64,000 bases of DNA from NCBI GenBank assembly GCA_038237425.1, contig JBBRYQ010000024.1, positions 1,005 to 65,004 on the forward strand. Direction: 5' to 3'. Numbering within the stretch: the stretch's first letter is position 1; each line of letters starts with the position of its first letter. Made by a program: the position numbers and the translations under genes. Under the pieces are notes generated by a model that was given only the letters and a program-made list of their open reading frames with translations, did not search any database and was not told where the DNA came from. Shown here piece by piece: positions 45,110-56,700 of the stretch. This DNA comes from Verrucomicrobiales bacterium. Lineage in GTDB: Bacteria; Verrucomicrobiota; Verrucomicrobiia; Verrucomicrobiales; Akkermansiaceae.

Positions 45110-46086
45110 CGCGCCACCACCGGCACGCCGTTTTTCCACTCGATCACCACCTTGGAAAGATACCATGTCTTGCCGGTGTCGTTGTTTCCCTGATAGAACA
45201 AGTGGGTCTTTCCATCCTCATCGTTGAAAACTCCCGGGTGGCCGGATTCCGATGAGTTCCATGACCCCGGTAGGCCGTTAGGAAGCAGTGGCTTGTCAGA
45301 CACCCGCGTCCAATGAATGCCATCCGTAGAGGACGCCACGCCGATCTGCTGAGGCTCGTTGTTATAGCCGCCTGCGTAAAACATCCATAGCTTGCCGTCG
45401 CGTTGCATGATGGATGCAGCCTCGATGCATTTGGTTTCCCACGGCAGCTCCGGCTTTAAAATCGGACCATCCACCAGCTGCGTCCATTGTTTCCTGCCGT
45501 AGTCCGAGTCTAGCGGCGCCGATGCCACGCCCTGCATCTGGATCTTCATCTCGGGATCGCGTGTCGCGAAATATAGATATAACTTGTCACCCACCGGAAA
45601 GACCTCCGCATCGATCGCCCGGCCGACGGTCCACGCCCCGCTTGGCGCGAATATAGGATTCTCCAGATTGCGGGTGAAATTAATCCCATCGGTGGACCAC
45701 GCGTGGCAGATCGCATCTTTGGGGCCGTTGCCGTATGTCTGATAGAAAAGATGCACCTTGCCGCCATGGACCCACGCGGCCGGGGCGGCGAGGCCCTTTT
45801 TATCACACTCCTGCGCGGGGCCGACGACCCCCGCCTTTTCCCAATGCACCAAGTCCTTGCTCTTCGCGATTCCGACGCTCCAGCCACCCATACCAGTGGC
45901 CGGCCCAGGCAGCGAATAATACATGAGATACTCCCCGCCGAATCGAATCACCGAGGGGTCCTTGGAAAACGGCCGCCCGCTCGATTCATCCGCCCAGTGC
46001 ATTTCCGGAAGCTTCATAGCTTCCGCCGCAGCGGCCCAGCCGGAAAGAATGGCAAATAACGGAAACAGGACGCGGATTGGATTCAT
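45106..46086 (-). CDS. Secreted five-bladed beta-propeller glycosidase (GH43/GH32-like)
   Basis: Start probably ATG 46086 (MNPIRVLFPLFAILSGWAAAA); blade motifs KDPSVI, AAPAAW, IDAEVF, IEAASI, SGHPGV. Confidence 0.78.
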   Translation of the reverse strand: MNPIRVLFPLFAILSGWAAAAEAMKLPEMHWADESSGRPFSKDPSVIRFGGEYLMYYSLPGPATGMGGWSVGIAKSKDLVHWEKAGVVGPAQECDKKGLAAPAAWVHGGKVHLFYQTYGNGPKDAICHAWSTDGINFTRNLENPIFAPSGAWTVGRAIDAEVFPVGDKLYLYFATRDPEMKIQMQGVASAPLDSDYGRKQWTQLVDGPILKPELPWETKCIEAASIMQRDGKLWMFYAGGYNNEPQQIGVASSTDGIHWTRVSDKPLLPNGLPGSWNSSESGHPGVFNDEDGKTHLFYQGNNDTGKTWYLSKVVIEWKNGVPVVAR

Positions 46087-46133
46087 GTCCCCTTTGAATA
46101 ACATCGGGTTCCGAAATTCAAAGACCGAAGAAA

Positions 46134-46189
46134 TCCCCCAAAAGGATGAGACCCGCCTCCTTGTCAGGCCGTATCCCGATTTCTACACT
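46134..46189 (+). promoter_or_regulatory. Candidate operator copy C plus sigma70-like promoter of the 46217 gene
   Basis: TCCCCC-AAAA-GGATGA (46134-46149), 11 nt, TTGTCA (46161-46166), 17 nt, TACACT (46184-46189). Confidence 0.65.
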
Positions 46190-46216
46190 CTTCCGCTTAG
46201 ACCCAAAAGCCCAACC

Positions 46217-49200
46217 ATGAAAACCACCACAGTCTGTCGCGGTCTCGCAATCCTATTTCCGTTTGTAATGTGGGCGTCACCAGCCGTTGCTGCATCCCTC
46301 ACCTGGGGCGCTTCCGGCGCTGGCGGATTCGGCATCTGGGATGCCAACATCACTTCGAATTGGTTCAACGGCACCTCACCCGTGAAATGGCCCGCTCCCG
46401 CTGGCACCGATGACGACGCCGTCTTCTCTGGCACATCCGCCACCGTGAGTCTCGCCACGGGCGGAATCCGCGCGAACGACCTTGCCTTCAACACCAACGG
46501 CTACACGATCCAGAACCAAACGCTCACACTCAACGGTACTGCCCCGTCGATCACCACGGCCACCAGCGTCACGGCCACCATTTCATCATCCCTGGCAGGC
46601 ACCGCCGGACTTGCGAAAGCCGGTACCGGAACACTCGTGCTTTCGGGAACCAATGCGTTTTCCGGCAACGTGACCATTTCCGCAGGCACGCTGAAGCTCG
46701 CCCACTCGAACTCTCTCGGCACCTCCGCGAAGTCCTTGCTCCTGCAAGGCTCCAACCGCGTGCTCCATCTATCCGGCGGCATCACTCTGCCCGCCGCCAT
46801 CGGCATCACCGCCGCCACCAACTCATTCGACGGGGGCGGCATCCTCAACACGGACGGCACGAACACGATCGCCGGGAACATCAACTACAGCACCGGCAAC
46901 ACCGCGCTCAACCTCTCCAGCAACGACGGCACCCTCATCATCCAGGGAAATGTCACGCTCACCACGACCAGCCGGACCCTGCTTCTCGGGGGAAGCTCGC
47001 CCACTAACAACGCCATTCGGGGAATCATCGGCCAGAACAACAGCACCACCAACATCCTCTCAATGACCAAGCAGGGCGCGGGGACATGGATTCTATCAGG
47101 AAATAACACCTACACCGGCGTCACCACCATCACCGCTGGCACTCTCATGGCTGGCAATTCCGCCGCACTCGGAACCTCCGCCGGAATCACCGTCGTCACC
47201 GGCGGGACATTTGACTTCAACGGCACCGCGCTCAATGGCGAGTCATTCACCCTCGCAGGCGGAAAACTCGCCAACTCCGGAGCCGATCAAATCAACGCCG
47301 TGAACGGACAAGTCTCGGTCACCGCGGACAGCCGCCTGGGCGGCACCGGGCGTTGGGATTTCCGGGCCGCCGCGGCGAGCCTTGTCGTGAATTCCGGCGT
47401 CACACTCATCAAGGAGGACCCAAACCGCGTGGCCTGCGCCGCACGCCCGGTCACCAATAACGGCGGCATCCGCATCGACAGCGGAATTTTCGCCCTGCAC
47501 CAGGCAGCTGGCCACGGCGGTACAGGCATCTATCAGGTGAATTCTGGCGGAGAACTCCAGCTCGGTTCGTATGGCACGCCCGGCCTTGTCCTGCCGAACC
47601 CGGTCACCTGCGCTGGCGGCTCTCTATCATCCATCGATGCCGCCGGTGGTATCCCTTCTTTCACCGGAGTCATCACCCTTGCCTCCGCCACCACCAGTAC
47701 CATCCGCACCGACGTGGCACTCTCCATTTCCGGAGCACTCGCCGGATCCGGATCCGTGATCAAAACCGGCACCTCATCGCTGACCCTATCCGGTCCCTCC
47801 ACCCTAACCGGAATCCTGACTGTGGCAGACGGCTCCCTGGTTGCGAACGGCTCCATGCCCTCCACCCAATCCACCGTAGTCGCGGCGGGAGCCACCCTTT
47901 CGGGCACAGGAATCCTCGGCTCGATCACGATCCAGCCCTCTGGCATCCTCGCCCCTGGTACCTCATTGGGAACCCTCGCTTGTGGCGGCTCCACCGTCAT
48001 CCAAGGCCGTCTCGCCATCGAAGTCGATGGAACCACCTGTGACCGCCTCGACGTCACCGGCAATCTCGACATCTCGGCAGCCACTCTCGACCTCTCCGGA
48101 CTTGGTGCCAACTCGTCCGCCGTGCAATACGTCATCGCCACCTTCGGATCCCTCACCGGAGCCTCCTTCGCCGCAGTCAAAAACCTGCCGCCCGGCTACA
48201 CGGTGGTCTGCGATCTAACTTTGAAACAAATCCGCATCGTTCTGTCAGCCCCGTTCTACCAATCCATCGGCACCACCTTCGAGGACCGCCGCACGACCGC
48301 GCTGGAGGCCTTGCGCGGGCTGCCTTTTGTCCAGGGTTATGAGAGCCCGGATCCCACCTACGTGCGCCCGCAGAGTTACGCTCACATGGGCTTCAGTTTC
48401 CGCTGTTTCCTGAACGACGAACAGAACGCCGCCGCTAACGAATCGATCATCGCTTGCTGCGATCTCTACACGGTTCAGTCAACTTTGGACAACAACTTCG
48501 ACTGGGTCGCGGACATGGCATTCTCCATCCTCGAAAACTTCGGCAGCTCTGGAAAAATCGCCGCCGGCCGACTTTCTCCAGCAGCGGAAACCAGGCTGCT
48601 CGACGTGCTCTGGAGGCTCGCCTCGCACATGGACTACACGGATCGTTTCAACCTTGTGGCGACCAACAACACCTGGAACTTCGGCACCACCGAAAACATC
48701 GACGCCATGGGATTCTACGTCGCATGGCACGCGGCGAAACTCTTCAAGGACCACCCCGCCTATGCAGGCATGACCTACGTCGATGGCAGTACACCGGCGG
48801 CGATCTACGCGGCCAGCGCCGCCTACATCAAGGAATGGATCCGCGAGCGCGTCCGCCGCGGAGGCCTCATCGAGTTTTCCTGCGGCTTCTACAACATCGT
48901 CGCCACCAAGGGACTCCTCAACGTCATCGACTTCAGCGAGGACGCCGAAATGCGCGACCTTTCCCGCAAGTTTCTCGACCTTTTCTGGGCCAGCTGGGGA
49001 CAAGAGCAGATCGAGGGAATCAAAGGGGGTGGACAGGCGCGGATCTATCCAGGATCCGACAGTATCCTTGGCGACTTCAATCCGCTGACATCCGCCTTCT
49101 GGTTCTACACCGGTGGCTCGCAGCCCGCAGTGCCTTCGGACAACATATTCACCTTCCTCGCAAGTTCCTATCGCCCCCCCTCGCTGGTCATGGACCTGAT

Positions 49201-52200
49201 GACCGACCTGCAAGGCCGCGGGAGCTATGTGAACATCGAGCGGAAGGTCGGCATCGGCTCCTACTATCCGGAGTCCGTTCCAGATCTGGCCCAATCGTTC
49301 ACCCGCTACACCTACACCACCCCGGATTTCGTCATGGGCACCTTCCACTGCATGGCGATGCCGCAGTGGAACTGGATGATGATCAGCAGCCAGAACCGCT
49401 GGCACGGAGCCGTTTTCAAGGGTCATCCCGACTCCAGGATCTTCTTCCAGTGCGAACCCGACAGCAACGTCAGGAACTACAACCAACATTGGAGCGTGCA
49501 GAGCAAGGGCGCGATGATCGTCCAGAAGCTGGTCAATGAAGGGACGGAATCCACCCGTCACAGCAAGTACGCCTACGCGATGAGAGTTTGGGTGAGCCAG
49601 GCAAACCTCACGGGCCTCACTGAAAGCAACGGCTGGGTGTTCGCGAAATACGGAGACTCCTACGCCGCCATCAAGGTGGTGGATGGTGGATTCACATGGG
49701 TAAACGACGCAAACACCTATTTCCAGGGACAATGGATGGTGCTGAACAACGAGTATTCGCCGGTCATCCTCGAAGTCGCCAGGGCCACGGACCACTCCAG
49801 CTATCAGGATTTTCAAAACAAGATCCTCTCGCGCCCCCTGACCTACTCGGGCGGATTGCTGACCTATCAGAGTGTCGGGAACGATGCGCTCACGTTTTAT
49901 GCGAACTACAGCGCGCTTCCCAAGATCAACGGCGTATCGGTCAATCTCCAGCCCGCCAAAGCCTTCGACAGCCCCTTCGTTTACTCCACTTACGGCAGCG
50001 GAGCCGTCACGCTGAAAAAGGGCTCGCGCCAATCCACGCTGGACTTCAACTCATCCACCACGCCCACCTACACTTGGCTCGCCGGCACCGGCACCTGGAA
50101 CACCCACACGCCCAACTGGAACGGCGGCGCCACCCTCTGGCCGAACACCGGCTCAGACCTCGCGGTCTTCGAAGGACCGGCCGCCAACGTGACCCTCGAA
50201 TCCGGAATCTATCCGGCGGGCATCACCTTCAACACCGATACCACCCTCTCCGGAGCCTCGCTGGTCGCAGGCGGTGCCAACACCGCTCTAACCGTCGCCA
50301 CCGGCATCACCGCCACGATCACCAACTCCGTCGCCGGCCTCGCCGGTTTCACCAAGTCCGGACCAGGCACCCTGGTTCTGGAGGCTCCCGGAGCCTATAC
50401 TGGCACCACCCGCCTCCTCGCCGGAACCCTCCGGCTATCAGGAAACGGAAACTTCGGTCCGGGCCCTGTCATTAACAATGCATCGCTCCGCATCGCCCGT
50501 GCCGGCACCACGATCCTGCCACAATGCATCTCCGGCACCGGCTCGCTTGTCATCGAGACACCCGCACCGTCAGACACCGTGATTCTCCGCGGAGCCAGCA
50601 CCTTCAGCGGCGGAGTCACCCTCACCAAGGGAATCCTCCGCGCCACCGCCTCGTCCGCACTCGGCTCGGGAAACAAGGCGCTTTCGATCCGCAGCACAGA
50701 TGTGCGTCTGGAACTGGACGGCGCCACTTCCCCCGTCGCACTGCCCGCCTCGATCAGCTTCATCACCAGCGGCACGGCCATCGCCAACGTTGCCGGTGAC
50801 AACTCGATCCTCGGCCCCATCCAGATGAACAGCGGCGTGGGAAATACCACCATCCTCAGCGAAGTCGGCTCGCTCGTGCTCGCAGGTGCCATCAACTCCG
50901 GCAGCTCGTCGCGCACGCTCGTGCTGGCCGGAGCATCCATCGGAGCTAACAAAATCACCGGCCAGATTTCCAATGGCTCACAACCGAACAGCCTCACCAA
51001 GTCCGGCACCGGCACCTGGGAACTCGCGGGAATCCACACCTACACCGGAGCCACCATCAGCAGCTTGGGCAGGCTCATCCTCAGCGGCAGCCTCACCAGC
51101 GCGGTCACCGCCACCACCGGCACCTTCGCCACTGCGGGAAGCACACCCTCCATCACCGGCAACCTCGCGGTAAACAGCGGCGGTCGATTCGAAGCCGTCC
51201 CCGCAGCCACCCTTTCCGTCCAGGGAACCGTCACGCTCGCAGGTGCGCTCGACGTCGCCGCCCCCCCCGGACTCTATCAGGGCTCCGTTTTCACCATCCT
51301 CAACAAGACCACCACGGGCGGAATCACCGGCACCTTCGCCTCCAAACCGGAAGGCTCCACCTTCAGCCAGGGCGGATACCTCTGGCAGATCACCTACACC
51401 GGGGGAGATGGAAATGACATCGTCCTCACCATCGTCACGGGCCCCGCCACCCCGCTTGAATCATGGCGTCACGTGAGATTTGGCATCTACACCAACACCG
51501 GAATCGCTGCGGATTCCGCCGACCCCGACAACGACGGCATCACCAATCTCGTAGAATACAACCAAGGCACCGAGCCCATGGATGCCATCTCGCTCCCCTC
51601 TATGGTCTGGACTTCCACCGCTTCCGGCAACTGGTCCACCGGAGCCAACTGGAACCTCGGCATCCCACCGGTCGGAAATTCCGCCACTAAGCTCGAGTTC
51701 TTCTCCGGCCAAACCCTGGCCGCCGCCACCATCGCGCCGAACAACAACCTTGCGGGCACCTTCACCCTCAACCGCCTCGTGCTCGCGGGCACCGCCACAT
51801 CTTCCGCCACCGTGAACCTCACCGGCGGCACTCTCGACTTCCGCACCAACGGCAGCATCGCACCCACCATCCAGTTGGATGCCGGACCTGCCAGCCTTAC
51901 CTACTCCATCGCGAATGCCATGGTTCTCTCTTCGGACACCGCCCTCGAAACACCCGGCAGCGGAAAACTCATCCTCGGTGGCGTGATTTCCGGCACCAGA
52001 GCACTCATCCGCAACGGCAGCACCGGAACCGTAATCCTTGCCGGTAACAACACCTATCAGGGAGGCACCACCGTCAATGCAGGCACCCTGCAAATCGGCA
52101 ACGACGGTGCCAGCGGCTCGCCCGGTTCCGGCCCCATCCTCAATCACGGCACCCTCCGCATCGACCGCTCCGGCACGCTCAACCTAACGAACTCCATCAG

Positions 52201-53551
52201 CGGCACGGGAAGCCTCACCCTGGACAACGCGGGCACTGGGGACACCCTCACCCTCGGCGCCGATAACACCTTCACCGGCGGTGTCACCATCGCCCGTGGC
52301 ATCCTCCGCGTGAACCGTTCCGCCTCGCTTGGAAACGCCGCCAAGACTGTCACCGCCACTACCGGAACCGCACGACTCGAACTCGACGGCACCACCGCCC
52401 CCGTCAACCTGCCGCCCGGCATCTCCATCAACATCAGCGGTTCCCAGTCGGGAGGATCGCTCCGGAATCATGCGGGGGACAACACCATCGCAGGAACCCT
52501 CGGAGCCGCCACCGGTGCTGGAAACTCCCTCGTATCAAGTGACGGGGGCTCCCTCACCCTGGCAGGAGACGTCAGAACCGTGAACTCGGGCGGGCGCACC
52601 CTGGTCCTTGGCGGAGCCTCCACCGGACCTAACAACATCTCAGGCCGGATGTACAACGGCACCAGCACGCTGATCGTCCAGAAGACAGGCACCTCCACCT
52701 GGGCCATTTCCCATCCGAACAACACCTACACCGGCACCACCACCCTCAACGCGGGGAAACTCATCCTCAGCGGCTCACTCACCAGCGACATTATCACCAA
52801 TGCCGCCACCCTCGCACCGCAGGGCACGCCCGCCACCACCGGCAGCCTCAGCCTGATTGCCACATCCATCTACCAGATCCGTGCGACCACCTCCGGCACG
52901 GACCAGCTCACCGTCGCCGGCAGCGTCAACCTCACCGGAAACCTCGACCTCATCCCGGACTCCGGCCTATCTGGAGGCGCGTTCACCATTCTGAACAAGA
53001 CCAGCCCGGGTGCCGTCACCGGCACCTTCACCGGCAAGCCCGAGGGCTCCACGTTCAACATCGGCGGCTACGACTGGCAGATCACCTACACCGGCGGTGA
53101 CGGCAACGACGTCGTCATCTCCTTGCCATCCCAGCTCGCCAGCAACAGCATTCTCGCTCCCGCCACCGCCATCGAAGCCTGGCGGGAACTCCACTTCGCC
53201 ACCACTGAAAACACCGGCAACGCCGCCGACACATTCGATGCTGACAGCGACGGCGAACCCAACCTCCTCGAGTTCGCCACCGCCCAAAGCCCGCACGCCG
53301 CCACCCTCGCCAGCACCATGCTGTCGCCATCCGGCAACGATTTCCTCTTCACCTACACCCGCAGCAAGGCCGCCGTGGTCGAAGGATACTCCTTCAGCGT
53401 CGAGTGGTCCGACACACCCGCCGCTCCTTGGACGCCCGCTGTCTCCGACCCGCCGGTTTCCCTCGATGCCACCCGTGAGTCCGTCCCCACCGCCATCCCC
53501 GCCGGCCCGCACGGCCGCCGCTTCGTTCGAGTCAGAATCGGCTCGCCATGA
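46217..53551 (+). CDS. 2444-aa secreted protein: beta-strand repeat stalk + unassigned ~600-aa enzyme-like domain + duplicated repeat blocks + shared C-terminal module
   Basis: Start ATG 46217 (MKTTTVCRGLAILFPFVMWASPAVA). Many xxKxGxGTLxLxGxNTYxG repeats; a non-repetitive aromatic-rich insert at ~48275-50050; DADSDGEPNLLEFA; ends RFVRVRIGSP. Confidence 0.88.
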   Translation: MKTTTVCRGLAILFPFVMWASPAVAASLTWGASGAGGFGIWDANITSNWFNGTSPVKWPAPAGTDDDAVFSGTSATVSLATGGIRANDLAFNTNGYTIQNQTLTLNGTAPSITTATSVTATISSSLAGTAGLAKAGTGTLVLSGTNAFSGNVTISAGTLKLAHSNSLGTSAKSLLLQGSNRVLHLSGGITLPAAIGITAATNSFDGGGILNTDGTNTIAGNINYSTGNTALNLSSNDGTLIIQGNVTLTTTSRTLLLGGSSPTNNAIRGIIGQNNSTTNILSMTKQGAGTWILSGNNTYTGVTTITAGTLMAGNSAALGTSAGITVVTGGTFDFNGTALNGESFTLAGGKLANSGADQINAVNGQVSVTADSRLGGTGRWDFRAAAASLVVNSGVTLIKEDPNRVACAARPVTNNGGIRIDSGIFALHQAAGHGGTGIYQVNSGGELQLGSYGTPGLVLPNPVTCAGGSLSSIDAAGGIPSFTGVITLASATTSTIRTDVALSISGALAGSGSVIKTGTSSLTLSGPSTLTGILTVADGSLVANGSMPSTQSTVVAAGATLSGTGILGSITIQPSGILAPGTSLGTLACGGSTVIQGRLAIEVDGTTCDRLDVTGNLDISAATLDLSGLGANSSAVQYVIATFGSLTGASFAAVKNLPPGYTVVCDLTLKQIRIVLSAPFYQSIGTTFEDRRTTALEALRGLPFVQGYESPDPTYVRPQSYAHMGFSFRCFLNDEQNAAANESIIACCDLYTVQSTLDNNFDWVADMAFSILENFGSSGKIAAGRLSPAAETRLLDVLWRLASHMDYTDRFNLVATNNTWNFGTTENIDAMGFYVAWHAAKLFKDHPAYAGMTYVDGSTPAAIYAASAAYIKEWIRERVRRGGLIEFSCGFYNIVATKGLLNVIDFSEDAEMRDLSRKFLDLFWASWGQEQIEGIKGGGQARIYPGSDSILGDFNPLTSAFWFYTGGSQPAVPSDNIFTFLASSYRPPSLVMDLMTDLQGRGSYVNIERKVGIGSYYPESVPDLAQSFTRYTYTTPDFVMGTFHCMAMPQWNWMMISSQNRWHGAVFKGHPDSRIFFQCEPDSNVRNYNQHWSVQSKGAMIVQKLVNEGTESTRHSKYAYAMRVWVSQANLTGLTESNGWVFAKYGDSYAAIKVVDGGFTWVNDANTYFQGQWMVLNNEYSPVILEVARATDHSSYQDFQNKILSRPLTYSGGLLTYQSVGNDALTFYANYSALPKINGVSVNLQPAKAFDSPFVYSTYGSGAVTLKKGSRQSTLDFNSSTTPTYTWLAGTGTWNTHTPNWNGGATLWPNTGSDLAVFEGPAANVTLESGIYPAGITFNTDTTLSGASLVAGGANTALTVATGITATITNSVAGLAGFTKSGPGTLVLEAPGAYTGTTRLLAGTLRLSGNGNFGPGPVINNASLRIARAGTTILPQCISGTGSLVIETPAPSDTVILRGASTFSGGVTLTKGILRATASSALGSGNKALSIRSTDVRLELDGATSPVALPASISFITSGTAIANVAGDNSILGPIQMNSGVGNTTILSEVGSLVLAGAINSGSSSRTLVLAGASIGANKITGQISNGSQPNSLTKSGTGTWELAGIHTYTGATISSLGRLILSGSLTSAVTATTGTFATAGSTPSITGNLAVNSGGRFEAVPAATLSVQGTVTLAGALDVAAPPGLYQGSVFTILNKTTTGGITGTFASKPEGSTFSQGGYLWQITYTGGDGNDIVLTIVTGPATPLESWRHVRFGIYTNTGIAADSADPDNDGITNLVEYNQGTEPMDAISLPSMVWTSTASGNWSTGANWNLGIPPVGNSATKLEFFSGQTLAAATIAPNNNLAGTFTLNRLVLAGTATSSATVNLTGGTLDFRTNGSIAPTIQLDAGPASLTYSIANAMVLSSDTALETPGSGKLILGGVISGTRALIRNGSTGTVILAGNNTYQGGTTVNAGTLQIGNDGASGSPGSGPILNHGTLRIDRSGTLNLTNSISGTGSLTLDNAGTGDTLTLGADNTFTGGVTIARGILRVNRSASLGNAAKTVTATTGTARLELDGTTAPVNLPPGISINISGSQSGGSLRNHAGDNTIAGTLGAATGAGNSLVSSDGGSLTLAGDVRTVNSGGRTLVLGGASTGPNNISGRMYNGTSTLIVQKTGTSTWAISHPNNTYTGTTTLNAGKLILSGSLTSDIITNAATLAPQGTPATTGSLSLIATSIYQIRATTSGTDQLTVAGSVNLTGNLDLIPDSGLSGGAFTILNKTSPGAVTGTFTGKPEGSTFNIGGYDWQITYTGGDGNDVVISLPSQLASNSILAPATAIEAWRELHFATTENTGNAADTFDADSDGEPNLLEFATAQSPHAATLASTMLSPSGNDFLFTYTRSKAAVVEGYSFSVEWSDTPAAPWTPAVSDPPVSLDATRESVPTAIPAGPHGRRFVRVRIGSP

Positions 53552-53645
53552 GATGCTCCCCGCCAGAAGCAGAGAGGTATCGATGAATATCATCACCGAA
53601 GGAGCTTTAACGATCACTGGTTTTGAGGAAGCTAATTTGCCGGTG

Positions 53646-53661
53646 TCACCCGAAAGGATGA
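53646..53661. promoter_or_regulatory. Palindromic candidate operator, copy D
   Basis: TCACCC-GAAA-GGATGA, 11 nt, TTGGTC, 17 nt, CATGCT; upstream of 53745. Confidence 0.62.
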
Positions 53662-53744
53662 GACTGAGGGAGTTGGTCGTGCTTAAAGATTGGTTCATGC
53701 TTAGCGTGAAAGCCTAGATCGTCGGATTTAAACTCAGATTATTA

Positions 53745-56700
53745 ATGTTCATCCTCCGCATTTTGAATTTCGTGCCCATCCGGAGCTCTGCAACCCGCTT
53801 CGCGTGGCTTGTCACGTGCTTTTCTCCGGGCGTCCTCATCGCCGCCTCGCTCACTTGGGGGCCATCCGGCACGGGTGGCTCGGGCACTTGGGATACGAAT
53901 ACCACCACCAACTGGTTCAATGGCGCCAGCGCCGTGAATTGGCCCGCCCCCGCCGGCACCGATGACGACGCCGTCTTCGCCGGCACACCCGGCACGGTGA
54001 GTCTTGCCACTGGCGGCATCATCGCCAACGACCTCACCTTCAACGTCGCCGGCTTCACCCTGCAAGGCCAGACCCTCACGCTCAACGGCACCACCCCCAC
54101 CCTCACCACCGCCGCCGCTGTCAGCGCGGAAATCTCCTCCACCCTCACCGGCAGCGCGGGCTTCATCAAAACGGGTGTGGCAAGCACCGGCATTCTCACC
54201 CTATCCGGTAGCAACACCCTTTCCGGAAATGTTGCGGTGAACTCCGGCTTCCTCCGCCTCACCCACAGCAATGCCCTCGGCACTTCCGCGAAAACCCTCA
54301 GCCTGAACGGCGGCGGCGGCATCGCCGCAGGCCTCGGGCTGTCCCTCGATCCCGGCGCAGGCGGCGGCGTCATCCTGCCTTCCACCATCGCCATCTCGAT
54401 GGCCAGCAATTCCTACGCTGGCATCCGCAACAAGTCCGGCACGAACGAAATTAAGGGCACCCTCTCGCTCAAAACCGGCCTCTCCTCCAGCACGATCGCC
54501 AGCGAAGCCGGCACGCTCACCATTTCCGGCGCGGTGACGTCCGTGGCATCCGGCAGAATTCTCTATCTAACTGGAAGCTCCACGGCGGAAAACACCATCA
54601 CCGGCGTGATCAGCAACGGCAGCGGCCTATCCGTGATCAAGAGCGATGCGGGATCGTGGAAACTCCGGGCCACTAACACCTACAGCGGCACCACCACGAT
54701 CAACGCCGGAAAACTCACCGGCGTGACCGGCGGCTCCTGCGCCAGTAGCGCCGTGACTCTAGCGGCGACGGCAGGAAACTCCGCCATCCTCGGTGTATCC
54801 ATCACCGACAACACCAAGCGCTGGACCTGCGCCAGCCTCGCCGTCAACAACGGCGGCACCACCTCGGACCTCGAATTCAATTTCGGAACCATCTCCCCCA
54901 GCACCACGCTCGCCCCGCTCAACATCACCGGCGCAGCCGACTTCACCACCAAGCCGAATCTCAACATCATCGCCGACTCCAATCTCGGCCCCGTCGGCAC
55001 GAAATTCCCACTCATCACCTGGGGCAGCACCACCGGCACGCCGCCGTCCACGTTTACCCTCACCACCTCCAATCCCACCTCCGCCCACCTCGAAGTCACG
55101 GGAAACACGCTCTTTCTCGTCATCGACGACTACACACCCACTCTATCAGACACCCAGCTCTTCAGTGCGCTCAATCTGGACTACCCCGGCTTGGAAAGCG
55201 TTAAATCCCTTTTCACCGCTGGAAACATCCCCGCCGCGAAATCCGCGCTCGCCACCTATCTGCGCAATCGCACCAACGTGAACTGGACCTTCGACTGGCG
55301 AAATCCCACCACCAACATTTCCTTCGATCAAGCCACCGCCGATACCCAGATCGCCGGAACATTCTCCTTGCTCGGCTATACCCAATCGTTTCCCAATGGC
55401 GATGTCGATTGGCTCTACTCACCCGCGTTGACTGCCCAATGGGTGAGCCTGATGAACCGGATGAATTTCTGGCCGAACTTCGGCACCACCTACTGGGGAA
55501 CTGGCAATGAAAGCTATACCATTGCCTGGGCCCGCCAACTCCGCAGTTGGATCACCCAGTGCCCCGCTCCCGCAACCAGCCAGGGCATCCTCACCCCATG
55601 GGCCACCATCCAAGCCGCGGAACGCATGAGAACCTGGCCAGACACCTTCCTGCGCTTCATCCGCTCCCCCTCGCTCACGGATGAAAACGTCGTGCTCTAT
55701 CTGAAATCCACCATCGAGAACACCCGCTACCTCCGCCAATTTTCCATCGGTTCCGCGATGAATTTCAACATCGATGCCTGGGAACTCAACGGCATCTACA
55801 GCACCGCCACCCTCTTTCCTGAGCTCAACGAAGCCCCCGAATGGCGCAGCTACGCGGTGGCACAGATGAATATCCAGAAGCAACTCCAGTTCTATCCGGA
55901 CGGCGTCCACATCGAACTCTCGCCGCGCTACCACATCGGCACCCTCGAATTCATCAAGGGAATCTATGAACTCGCCGCCCTGAACAACCGCATCGCGGAC
56001 CTGCCCCCCGGCTATATTACAAACACGGAAAAAGCCTACGATTTCATCCTCTACAACTCGGCACCCACCCGACTCATGCCGCCGTTCAACGACTGCGGCT
56101 CGGCCAATGAAGACAGCCGCACCTACCTGCAAGAAGGCTACGCGTTGTTTCCTAACCGCACCGACTTCCTATGGACCAGCGGCAGCGGCACCAAGCCCGC
56201 CAAAACCTCGTGGAACTTTCCCTACGCCGGATATGCCGCCATGCGTTCCGGTTGGGAAACCAGCGCCAATTTCCTCTGCTTCGATGCCGGCCCGCTCGGC
56301 TCTAGCAGCCACCGCCACGAGGACAAACTCAACGTAGTGCTCTGGGCCTACGGCCGCGAACTCCTCTTCGACAGCGGCGGCGGCTCCTACGAATCCAGCA
56401 TCTGGCGCACCTGGGGCACTAGCAGTTATTCCCATAACTGCATCACCGTGGACGGCCTCGATCAGGAAGGCGGCGATGGTTCCTACGCCGCCACCGATGC
56501 CGACTACCAATCGCAAGCACCTATCAACATGCGCTGGGAATCCGGCGCTCTGCACGACTTCGCCGCCGGCACCTACAACCGCGGCTATGGGGGAAATTAT
56601 AACAACCGCCCCGCCGCCCAGACCCGCCGCGTCTTGTTTGTGAAACCGGACATCTATCTCGTCGCCGACACCATGGTCCCGTCGAACATCGCATCCCATA

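Noticed and set aside
48479-50032. 517-aa antisense ORF, plus many other 100-260 aa antisense or alternate-frame ORFs
   Set aside because: They overlap well-supported genes, have no recognisable motifs, and are the shadow ORFs expected from GC-rich codon usage.
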